Virus record (IMG/VR): IMGVR_UViG_3300009168_000041
Location: 1 to 64,000 of that record
Strand: one strand, 5' to 3'
DNA from: a virus
Length of the DNA stretch: 64,000 nt
This document shows positions 1 through 8,494 of this stretch, one piece after another (positions within the stretch are counted from its first letter, which is position 1; the number at the start of each line of letters is the position of its first letter). A program made the translations under genes and the position numbers. Below the pieces are notes generated by a model. That model saw only the letters and a program-made list of their open reading frames with translations, searched no databases and had not been told where the DNA came from.

Positions 1-339
1 ACCGACGCCCTACTATCCCTTATCAATGAAACGCTGGACCGCTTCGACGAGGTAGGTCAGACAATCATCGCCCGGCGGATCGCCAGAGCGATGCAAGCGA
101 ACCTGCCGGCCGAGAAGCCGTCAGACAAGCCGCCGCACTTGGAGCCCATGACGGATGCCGAGGCGAAGAACTACGGAGCGACGCGCATGCCGTTTGGCCA
201 GTACGTAACGTGCCTGGTCGATTCCGTGCCACTCGACTACCTGGCGTGGCTGGCCGATAAGAGCTGGCAGACGGGGCGGGACTTGCGCCGTTACTTGAAC
301 AGCCCGCGGATCGCGGGGGAAGAAAGGGAACCAGCGTAA
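1..339 (+). CDS. DUF3820/ExoX C-terminal-like small domain protein (probably 5' truncated by the window)
   Basis: MPFGQY..LVDSVPLDYLAWL motif; frame is open from base 1. Confidence 0.55.
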   Translation, partial: TDALLSLINETLDRFDEVGQTIIARRIARAMQANLPAEKPSDKPPHLEPMTDAEAKNYGATRMPFGQYVTCLVDSVPLDYLAWLADKSWQTGRDLRRYLNSPRIAGEEREPA

Positions 340-485
340 GCCGTGAGAGCGCGGGCGGCGCGAAGCTGGCACAGTAGCGCCGCCCAAGACGGGCCAGCCG
401 GGGACTTCACCTCCTGTCGGCAAGAAATGGAGTCGCCCCCCTCCTGCCCATCCGCGGCGGGGGCTTTTGAAACAAGGAGGATCCG

Positions 486-851
486 ATGCCCAAAAAACGC
501 CTGCACACGACGCTTCCGAAAGAGACGCAAGCGGAGATCCTGAGACTCAGGGCGGCCGGGCTGTCGATTGCCGGAATCCACCTGGAGACGGGCATCTCGA
601 ACACCACAATTCTGCACGTCGTTCGGATCGGGCACGTCACCGAGCCGCTCCCGGAAGGCTATGGGAAACCGCCCGCGTTTTTCCCCCGCGAGGGAGACGG
701 CCAAATTGCAAAGCGGATTGCGGAGGTGCAGGCCGGCTGGACGGAAGAAGATCGGCTGAAGCGTTGGAAGCGGGCCCACGGCACGGCTCAGCACGTCGAA
801 ACGAAGGAATATCACTACTCCAGCCGCACGGCAACATTTGAGGCCAGATAG
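486..851 (+). CDS. Hypothetical protein with N-terminal HTH-like segment
   Basis: AAGGAGG RBS; ILRLRAAGLSIAGIHLETGISNTTI HTH-like pattern. Confidence 0.5.
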   Translation: MPKKRLHTTLPKETQAEILRLRAAGLSIAGIHLETGISNTTILHVVRIGHVTEPLPEGYGKPPAFFPREGDGQIAKRIAEVQAGWTEEDRLKRWKRAHGTAQHVETKEYHYSSRTATFEAR

Positions 852-900
852 TGGTTGCCCGTATTGACTTAATTCGGAAACAGGTTCTGCTAAGGAAATC

Positions 901-1476
901 ATGCCAATCCAACTAGCCCTAGCCCGCGACTTGATCCGCAACGGCGACCTAATCGCCACGGGCTGCCGCCGTCCTGTCCCCAGGCTCATCCAGTGGTGGA
1001 CCCACAGCGACGTGAGCCACGTCGAACTCGCGGTTTGGCGGCAGTACACCTGTAATTACGAGCCCGAACTAGGGTCGATTGGGGCGACGGGCGCCGGGGT
1101 CCGGTGGATTCCGCTCGATGTCCTGGTTGCGAAATACGCCGCGTGGGGCGGCCACACGTGGGTCTATCCGCATAACGGCAATCCCTACGACGGGAACCGC
1201 GTGGCCCAGGAGGCCGTGAAGATGGAACGCTGGCCATACCCCAACCGGTTTCAACACGTCCTGGCTGGCGTCCGGTGGATGCGCGCGGCATGGAAGGCGT
1301 TGACCCAAGCCGATCTGGACATCGACATTCGTGCCGTCATGTGCTCGGAGTTTGTTTCAACGGCACTCGACAACGCGGGCTACCATCCAGGCACGCTGCC
1401 GGCCGTCGTCCGGCCGGTGGACTTGACGACGTGCGGCTGGTGGCCCGAAGAGAACAGGTACGAAATCACGTTGTAA
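901..1476 (+). CDS. Permuted papain-like (NlpC/P60 YiiX/YebB-like) enzyme
   Basis: GDLI...SHVELA (His) near the N-terminus and MCSEFV (Cys) near the C-terminus, i.e. permuted order. Confidence 0.7.
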   Translation: MPIQLALARDLIRNGDLIATGCRRPVPRLIQWWTHSDVSHVELAVWRQYTCNYEPELGSIGATGAGVRWIPLDVLVAKYAAWGGHTWVYPHNGNPYDGNRVAQEAVKMERWPYPNRFQHVLAGVRWMRAAWKALTQADLDIDIRAVMCSEFVSTALDNAGYHPGTLPAVVRPVDLTTCGWWPEENRYEITL

Positions 1477-1505
1477 CAGGGGCAATAGCACAAAGGAGCG
1501 AAGCG

Positions 1506-1766
1506 ATGGCTGAGACAGTAGGAGTGCGGCAGGCGAAGGTCGAGGGAATTATCTCGGACTTGATCGCGCGAATCTGGAAGAACCTGGAGAACATCGACGC
1601 TGCGGAGGCGGAGGCGATCATCGCCAAGCTGGTCGAGGCGGGGACGGCCCTCGCCACCGGCCGGTACTGGACGGCGGCGGCGGCGGCGTGGGAGGCTTTG
1701 CGGCTCTACCGCAAGGCGGTCCTTGACATGCCGGCACCCGGCCCGGCCCCGAAGCCGTTGTCCTGA
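1506..1766 (+). CDS. Small hypothetical protein
   Basis: AAGGAG RBS before ATG 1506; followed by a terminator. Confidence 0.55.
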   Translation: MAETVGVRQAKVEGIISDLIARIWKNLENIDAAEAEAIIAKLVEAGTALATGRYWTAAAAAWEALRLYRKAVLDMPAPGPAPKPLS

Positions 1767-1778
1767 CAACCCGCGGTC

Positions 1779-1817
1779 GCCCGGCGGGGTTTCGTTTGCC
1801 TCCCCGCCGGGCATTTT
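1779..1817 (+). terminator. Rho-independent terminator
   Basis: GCCCGGCGGGG / CCCCGCCGGGC perfect 11-bp stem followed by ATTTT. Confidence 0.6.
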
Positions 1818-1829
1818 GGAGCCAATCGC

Positions 1830-3515
1830 ATGAAACCACTCTCTTATCGAAACCCGGTAGTCCCATGCCGGTCAAACCACCGGCAGGACTACCTGATTCC
1901 CCTTGCCGTTTTGGCGCTCTTCGCCTTCTTCCTTGGGATCGGCTTGCTCTGCGGTGCCGAGCCGCCGACGGCTATCCCCCAACCCATCTACGAGATCAAG
2001 AGCGCCTACACGGCGAAGGGTGACACCCTGACGGAAACGCGGACGATCCGGCCGACGAACATGCCTGCCGATGCCCTCGTCCGCTGGTACATCGCGCCGG
2101 TGATGCCCCCGCTGCCGATCTTGCTGGTTGCCCAGGGCGGCGACATATATCCATTCCCGTGGGGCACCGGGCCTGTGCCCCCGGTGCCTCCCGTCCCGCC
2201 GATTCCGCCTGTTCCACCAGTGCCTCCGGACCCGCCCGTGCCACCTGTGCCTCCGACAACCGGGCTCAACGTGGCTTTGATCGGCCCCGAGCCGAGGATC
2301 GTCCGCAACTTCACCCCGGCCCAAGTGGCGATTCTCAGCAGCAAATCGCTCCGCAACTACCTAGAGGCCAATTGCGAGAAGGACGACGACGGGACGACGC
2401 CGGCCTACCGCGTGCTCATTCGCGCGAACGACAACGCGCTGCTCTCGCCGCGGTGGAAGTCAATCCTCGAAAAGGCACCCGCGGAGGGTTGCTGGTTTGC
2501 GGCCGTGGACGGCAACAAGTTCTTTATCAAGGATTTTGTCAAAGAGGTGCCCGACACGGCGACGGCCTTGAAGATGCTCGCGGACCTGACGGGCCGGCCG
2601 GCCGATCAACTCATCCCGCGGGAATTCCCGCGGTTGCGGATTATCCCGGACGGCGACTGGGAGAAATACAACCCGCCTCCGGGCCCGGATGGGATCAAGG
2701 TGGCGATTGTCGATGGGGAACGGCGGTATCTTTCGAGCTTGCCCCGCGACCTCGACCGCAATCCCCGCGGCCGGTCGCTGGCGTCATTCGGGATCAACGT
2801 CATTCCGAGGTCTGAATGGCCGGCGAGGATCGCGGCCTTGAAGGCGGCCAACGCGGGCCTCATGCCTTTGACGTATCACATCCCGCCTTACGACCAAAAC
2901 GGCACGAACTACTGTTGGTGCAACGCCGTCGCGCAGGGTATGACGGCGATGGGCTACCAGCAGGGCCGGCCGCACTACTTGCTTTCTGCCGCCTCGATCG
3001 GCGGGCCGATCACCAACTACCGAAACGTCGGCGGCTGGGGCGCCGACGCCATGAATTTTGGGCAGAAGACGGGCGCGGTCCGCGTCGATTTGTGGCCGTC
3101 CAACGCCATTTCGTCCAGCTACTTCAAGAAGGCGGAGGTCCAGGCGGATTATCCCCGCAACAAGCTCACCGCTCAGATCGCGGACCTCGGGCAAACGGGC
3201 GGCTCGATGTTCGATGAGGTCGCTACGTGCGTCTTGCTCGGGGCACCCGTGCCCGTAGGATACAACTGGTGGTCGCATGAGGTGCTGGCCGTGGGACTGG
3301 AAATCAAGGATGGCAAGCCGTACTTGATCCTCCGCAACTCCTGGGGCCAGTACGAAGACAATGGATTCTTCTTGCTGCCCGAGGGCTCGGGTCGGAACAA
3401 GGGGACGCCAGATGATGCGCAGGCGATCCTCTCGATGAAGAGCGCTTCGGTGCGACGGCATCGGTCGCCCAGGCTATTCCGAATGGATGAACTCTTTACC
3501 GCGACGGTTGCTTAG
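1830..3515 (+). CDS. Exported/membrane-anchored C1 papain-family cysteine peptidase with (PVP)n linker
   Basis: N-terminal hydrophobic helix; DQNGTNYCW (Gln/Cys), WWSHEV (His), LRNSWG (Asn) catalytic motifs. Confidence 0.8.
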   Translation: MKPLSYRNPVVPCRSNHRQDYLIPLAVLALFAFFLGIGLLCGAEPPTAIPQPIYEIKSAYTAKGDTLTETRTIRPTNMPADALVRWYIAPVMPPLPILLVAQGGDIYPFPWGTGPVPPVPPVPPIPPVPPVPPDPPVPPVPPTTGLNVALIGPEPRIVRNFTPAQVAILSSKSLRNYLEANCEKDDDGTTPAYRVLIRANDNALLSPRWKSILEKAPAEGCWFAAVDGNKFFIKDFVKEVPDTATALKMLADLTGRPADQLIPREFPRLRIIPDGDWEKYNPPPGPDGIKVAIVDGERRYLSSLPRDLDRNPRGRSLASFGINVIPRSEWPARIAALKAANAGLMPLTYHIPPYDQNGTNYCWCNAVAQGMTAMGYQQGRPHYLLSAASIGGPITNYRNVGGWGADAMNFGQKTGAVRVDLWPSNAISSSYFKKAEVQADYPRNKLTAQIADLGQTGGSMFDEVATCVLLGAPVPVGYNWWSHEVLAVGLEIKDGKPYLILRNSWGQYEDNGFFLLPEGSGRNKGTPDDAQAILSMKSASVRRHRSPRLFRMDELFTATVA

Positions 3516-3693
3516 ATGCTGAGCGATACAGAGATTGTCGTATCAGACGATCTGATAGGTTCACAACGTGCCGTTCAACTCAACGGTGCCATCTTCGTCA
3601 GCCCGGCGATGTGGTCGTTGTTGAAGGGGGCGACTGGAGAAGAACTCGAAGAACTGTTGCAGAAAATCCCGGTACTGAGATTGGAGCGGTATC

Positions 3694-4398
3694 GTGAACG
3701 CAATCCTTTTGGTGTCTAGTCTCTTGGCAGCCAACGATCCTTGGTCGGTCGTTCCCGGTCCGCGTGACCCGTGGGCCGCCGTTCGGCCGGCCGTCTCTGT
3801 TTCCGTCCCCGTGACGGCGACTATCGAGTCTAAGACTCCCCCGGCGTCCGCTCATCCGGCTACCTCTGGCCAACCTCCCGTTACCGAAGGAATGCACGAC
3901 GCGACAGTCCGCCCGCCGGCCGCCGGGGGTCTTTCCAAGTCAGAACAGGAGGCGATCAATGCCCGATTCGTCGAGAAGTGGAAGTGGAAGCTCTGTCCCG
4001 GCAGTTGCAACATGCTCAACTGCGGGAGCCACCCAAGCCACTGGGAAGTGGTTCCTGCAAGCGAACCCGACTTCGCTGGTATCGACATGCTTAGAGGTCG
4101 GGCCAAACCACCTCCGCCGGCTGCGCCACCTCTGCCTAGCGTGGGCACGACGAGAACAGGTGGTCACTGGGAGACTAGGACAGTTTACGGTCCTCTAGGT
4201 CGTCCGCGAGGAACCAAGCAGGTTTGGGTAGAAGGTGCAGAGGCAGAGGCTGGTGGACCCGTGGCCCAACCGGGGCCGCAAGCGAAGACGAGCGGCGGAA
4301 TAAACGGCGCACACGACTCCCCGACCGCTAGGTCGGTTGCCCCGCCGAAGTGTCCGTCTTGCGGCTCCGGTTCTCCCGGGCATACGTGCGGGAAGTGA
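3694..4398 (+). CDS. Secreted Pro-rich hypothetical protein with Cys/His motifs
   Basis: Signal-like N-terminus; CPGSCNMLNCGSH and C-terminal CPSC..HTC. Confidence 0.4.
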   Translation: MNAILLVSSLLAANDPWSVVPGPRDPWAAVRPAVSVSVPVTATIESKTPPASAHPATSGQPPVTEGMHDATVRPPAAGGLSKSEQEAINARFVEKWKWKLCPGSCNMLNCGSHPSHWEVVPASEPDFAGIDMLRGRAKPPPPAAPPLPSVGTTRTGGHWETRTVYGPLGRPRGTKQVWVEGAEAEAGGPVAQPGPQAKTSGGINGAHDSPTARSVAPPKCPSCGSGSPGHTCGK

Positions 4399-4640
4399 AC
4401 CGCCGTCGTGGCGACGGGAGAACGCATGATCGTTATCGGTGTCGTTTGCAAAGATGGGATTGCCTGTACCCACGCCGAGGCTACGGCCTTGATTGAGGAA
4501 TTGCAGAGGGCTATCGAAGAAAGCAAGGGTCATGCTTACGCATGGCCTGTCACGCTCGTTTTGCCGGACGCCAGCCAATTTATTATCTACGTTTTGCATC
4601 CAACCGCTCCCGCGTCGGGGGCCTAACTGAGGAGTTGACT

Positions 4641-4820
4641 ATGACTCTTAACGTAGCGTTTTGGATTTTGATGTTGTTGTGGATGGTGTTCGGATTCTGG
4701 GGTGTTTATCCGCACCCCGGCAAGCCGCCGTTTGTTCCCTACGTTGGGGTCGGTTTGATCTTTGCATTGATCTTCATCCTCGGGTGGAAGACGTTCGGGT
4801 TCATCATCCAGGGCGGCTGA
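4641..4820 (+). CDS. Small two-TM membrane protein (holin-like)
   Basis: GAGGAG RBS; two hydrophobic segments in 59 aa. Confidence 0.55.
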   Translation: MTLNVAFWILMLLWMVFGFWGVYPHPGKPPFVPYVGVGLIFALIFILGWKTFGFIIQGG

Positions 4821-5330
4821 CTCGTCGGTGGCCATTCGCTATTTCGAGCGTAGAACACTGATGAGACACGCCCGCCGCCACGATACGTTGCCGAAGAAAG
4901 CCAAGCCGATGGGCACACGATACACAAGTGTGCTGGCCGGTGACGCACTGGAGGCGGCCGGATTCGAGTGTGCGGACAACGCCGAAGTGTTCGTGTCCCT
5001 TGTGGACATTGACGATGCGGGCAACCGCTCAGCCGCCCGCGAGCAGACCTTCACTGTGACGGACACGATGGCTCCGCCGGTCCCCGGCACGATCGGCTTG
5101 GAAGTGACCGGCGAAACCTAGTACATGGTCGTCTGGTGGACGGCACGTCTAGCTTCTAACAGCGGGGCCCCAACACACGGGATGGCGGTCAGTTGGGTTT
5201 TCCGATTCTGACACGCGGCCTGATACCTAACGGATATAGGTGGGCAATAGGAACTTCCCGTTGAGTCGATAGCCACACGACGGTTGGGCCCTGCTGAGTT
5301 TTAACCCGTTTTTCTCAAGGAGTTTTCAAG

Positions 5331-5777
5331 ATGACGCGACGGATTTCTTTTGATGCCGCGATTGCTGCGATTTCCATGATTGCCGTACTCGCGTTCCTGG
5401 TTGACGCCGGCACGGCCGCGGGTACTGCCACACCGGCTTCTACACCTGCCGCCACCGCGTCCCCGTGTTGCGCCGCTGGTCAATGCCGACACCCAGTTTC
5501 CTCTACCGCCACCGCCATTCTTCGTGTTCCCGTGCGAGGCGTCGTGGGCGTTGCTGGTGTCGCCAAAGCGGGTGCCGTCAAGACTGCCAAGGTAGCCAAG
5601 GCCACTGGAAAGGCTATTGGCAAAGCGACCGGCAAGGCAGTCAATGGTGTTGCTCACGTCGCTCGTGTCACCACCCACATTGCCCGCCGCTCGCTTACCC
5701 TGGTCAGACGAGCGGCCGCCGTCCGCCACACTTCTACTCGTTTACTCATTCATCATCGGAATGCGGTGCGACGATGA
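5331..5777 (+). CDS. Secreted basic Ala-rich hypothetical protein
   Basis: AAGGAG RBS, signal peptide, CCAAGQC motif, K/R-rich tail. Confidence 0.5.
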   Translation: MTRRISFDAAIAAISMIAVLAFLVDAGTAAGTATPASTPAATASPCCAAGQCRHPVSSTATAILRVPVRGVVGVAGVAKAGAVKTAKVAKATGKAIGKATGKAVNGVAHVARVTTHIARRSLTLVRRAAAVRHTSTRLLIHHRNAVRR

Positions 5778-6220
5778 GCAGCGGCAGCGACAGTGACAGC
5801 GATAGTGGAAGCAATAGCAGTAGCAACTTCGGCATTTCTGGCCGGGCGAAAGCCACCGTCGAATTCTGCAAAGGGTTCTCGGTGGGTAGCGTTGAGCTAA
5901 TTCCCGTGGCGTCTGCGTCTGCGGAATTTCGCGATGGTTGGGCGGCCGGGCGACTCGCTTCCAAGGATGCCATTGTCAGCCTACAACGCGACGGCAAGAC
6001 GTTAGAACCATCGCGCGAGCAATTATTCCGCGAGGGGTTTTGCGTTGGGGCGTCACACAAGCCCATACCAAACAACGGAATGCAATGGCACGATCACGTA
6101 TTCAATGATGGCTGGTGTGCTGGCCGCCTCGCCGCCCGCGACGCCGTGACTGAATACCTCCGGCAACGCGGCTTTTCCGACTGGAAAGATATACCGCTGG
6201 AAGAAGTGCTTTCGCAGTAG
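5774..6220 (+). CDS. Hypothetical protein with internal duplication (GF..G ... F.DGW.AG twice)
   Basis: ATGA overlap with the upstream stop; two repeated halves. Confidence 0.5.
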   Translation: MSSGSDSDSDSGSNSSSNFGISGRAKATVEFCKGFSVGSVELIPVASASAEFRDGWAAGRLASKDAIVSLQRDGKTLEPSREQLFREGFCVGASHKPIPNNGMQWHDHVFNDGWCAGRLAARDAVTEYLRQRGFSDWKDIPLEEVLSQ

Positions 6221-6237
6221 AGGATAGGCTTTCCGTC

Positions 6238-6582
6238 ATGATCGCACCAGCGAGGGCAAGCAGTGGCAGCACAACCCCGAGGCCGCGGACGCCTCGTCGA
6301 ATTATTCCCGCCCCTGCCTACGCCCACGCCATTGCCATGCCGCTATCCCAACCCTCGCGCCCGCCGCCCCCCGAGTGCGAAGCCAGCCTCAACCAACTAT
6401 CCCACGCCGTAGACCGTCTCCGCGTCGTCTACGCCGAGTTGCACGCTACATTCAAACTCCCCAAGGGCGAGGCCGCCGCGGCTCGCAACGCTGCCGATTA
6501 CCACGCTCGCCAAGCGTATCAAGCGTTAGCGGACTTCCAAAATGGGTTTGTTGTTGAGTGCGACCCTGTCAAAGTGGGTTGA
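6238..6582 (+). CDS. Hypothetical protein
   Basis: ORF in operon orientation, AGGA upstream. Confidence 0.35.
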   Translation: MIAPARASSGSTTPRPRTPRRIIPAPAYAHAIAMPLSQPSRPPPPECEASLNQLSHAVDRLRVVYAELHATFKLPKGEAAAARNAADYHARQAYQALADFQNGFVVECDPVKVG

Positions 6583-6705
6583 AAAAGGGTGTTAAGGGGA
6601 TGCCACTAGACTCCAGTAGGATGCCACTCTCAACACTACCAACACTTCACTACCCCACCCCACACCACCCACTTTACCCCACCACCCGCCATTTCACCCT
6701 CTCTA

Positions 6706-6734
6706 TTGCCATGCCCCCACCGGTAGGGTATGAT
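6706..6734 (+). promoter_or_regulatory. Sigma70-like promoter upstream of terS-like gene
   Basis: TTGCCA-17 bp-TATGAT, with ATG at 6743. Confidence 0.55.
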
Positions 6735-6742
6735 TCTTGAAT

Positions 6743-7756
6743 ATGCCACGGCAAGCCAAAGATCCTGGGTCAACTATACGGCAGCGGCTCAAAGTCATGG
6801 ACCTGCTGGCCCAGGGGCTCTCACAAGGGCAGACGGCATTAAAGCTCGGGATATCTAGTGAGTCGGTTCGCTACGCCGCCAATTGGAACAACCAATATTG
6901 GCTCAACCAGCTTGGCGAACGCATCGGCGAGTTCAAGGCGGACATCCTAAACAAGTACGCCCGCCTATTCCATGAGGCCATCGACGCTTGGGAGCGCAGC
7001 AAGGAGCAGTCTGGCGAGAGCAAAGAGTCCTACCTCGAACGCGACAGCAAGATGGGCCCCATCAACATGGCGTCTATCGGGGCACCCAACCGGTTCAAGC
7101 AGCGGACGGTGACGAAGAAGGGGCCGGGCGATCCGCGGTTCCTGGCTGAGGCTCGCGGCATTCTGCACGACATTCGCAAGCTCACGGGCGTTGACGCGGC
7201 GAAGCAGGTTGATCTTATCCTGCCCTCTGGCCGGAACATTCTGACGACGTTTATTAAGACGCTCTCGACGGAAGAACTGAAGGTTATCGACGGCACATTC
7301 GAGCGGTTTGACGAGTGCGCAAAGCAAATGGCGATAGCGGACGAGAGTGGGGGCGATAACGAAGGTGACGAGGGCGGCAGTGAGAGCGGCGTCGATGTGG
7401 CTGAGGAACGGGTGACCGATGTAGAAGGCAAGCCGTGCGGCAGTGGCGGTGGCGGTGGTAGTGGCGTAGGTGAGAAGTCGGTGGCCGATAAGCCAGCCGA
7501 CAAGGAAGCCGACAAGCCAGCGGCCGACAAGCCAGCCAACGGGAAGGCCAACGGTGAGGCCGCCGGTAGTGGGACTATCATCGACGCCAACGGCAAGCCC
7601 AAGCGACGCCGCGGCAGGCTGCGTAAGAGCGACGGTGGCGGGGGCGGCGGAAGTGGGAGCAATGGAAGTGGCGGAAGTGGTGGCAGCAACGGAAGTGGCA
7701 GTAACGGCAGCGGCAGCAACGGCAACGGAGACGGAAAGAACCCCATCGGAGGATAA
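6743..7756 (+). CDS. Probable terminase small subunit (HTH plus low-complexity Gly/Ser tail)
   Basis: N-terminal HTH (GLSQGQTALKLGIS), GDPRFL...RKLTGVDA motif, position two genes upstream of terL. Confidence 0.6.
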   Translation: MPRQAKDPGSTIRQRLKVMDLLAQGLSQGQTALKLGISSESVRYAANWNNQYWLNQLGERIGEFKADILNKYARLFHEAIDAWERSKEQSGESKESYLERDSKMGPINMASIGAPNRFKQRTVTKKGPGDPRFLAEARGILHDIRKLTGVDAAKQVDLILPSGRNILTTFIKTLSTEELKVIDGTFERFDECAKQMAIADESGGDNEGDEGGSESGVDVAEERVTDVEGKPCGSGGGGGSGVGEKSVADKPADKEADKPAADKPANGKANGEAAGSGTIIDANGKPKRRRGRLRKSDGGGGGGSGSNGSGGSGGSNGSGSNGSGSNGNGDGKNPIGG

Positions 7757-7760
7757 TTCT

Positions 7761-8468
7761 GTGGCCCGCAATCCAGACTGGCAGACCGCCGACGGAGCCG
7801 TGCAATTGTGGTTGGGGGATTCTCTGGCCGTTCTGCCATCGCTTGAGCCGGGGAGCGTCGATGCCGTCGTGACCGACCCACCGTATGGGATTGGATGGAA
7901 ACCTCGTGTCAATCACCAAGATCAAAGTTGGTGTGATAACAAACCATTTGATCCACGTCCTTGGTTGCTGATAGGATCGCAGCATCTATTTTGGGGTGCA
8001 AACTACTTCGCAGATAAATTGCCACCCATGTCGGGCTGGGCCACGTGGATAAAGAGGCCGATGGGTACTGATGTTAATTTTACGAACGATGTACGTACCT
8101 ACTCAACGACAGAATTGGCTTGGTCTGATTTTGGAAAAGCCAGGTTCTTTGTGCATACTTGGGATGGTGGAAAGCGTCAAGGCGATTCATCAAACAGGAC
8201 ATTCTGCCATCCAAGTCAGAAGCCGATTGAATTGATGATATGGTGTTTACCAGATCGCGGCATAACCATCCTCGACCCCTTCATGGGCAGCGGCACGACC
8301 GGCGTGGCGTGTATCCGCACGGGGCGGCGCTTCATGGGCATCGAGATTTCCGAACAATACTTCGACATCGCCGTCAAGCGTATCGAAGCCGAGCTAAACC
8401 GGTTCCCCCTCTTAGAGTCGAAGCCAAAGCCACAACTACAGCCTCGCCTATTCCAAGAGACGCTATGA
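7761..8468 (+). CDS. DNA methyltransferase, N4-C/N6-A, beta class
   Basis: TDPPY (motif IV) precedes HPSQKP and DPFMGSGTTG (motif I); GGAGG RBS before GTG 7761. Confidence 0.9.
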   Translation: MARNPDWQTADGAVQLWLGDSLAVLPSLEPGSVDAVVTDPPYGIGWKPRVNHQDQSWCDNKPFDPRPWLLIGSQHLFWGANYFADKLPPMSGWATWIKRPMGTDVNFTNDVRTYSTTELAWSDFGKARFFVHTWDGGKRQGDSSNRTFCHPSQKPIELMIWCLPDRGITILDPFMGSGTTGVACIRTGRRFMGIEISEQYFDIAVKRIEAELNRFPLLESKPKPQLQPRLFQETL

Positions 8469-8494
8469 CGTGATACATAGCAATGACGTGATAC

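Noticed and set aside
7470-7760. N-terminal extension of the methyltransferase ORF
   Set aside because: Overlaps the terS-like tail; GGAGG RBS supports a start at GTG 7761.
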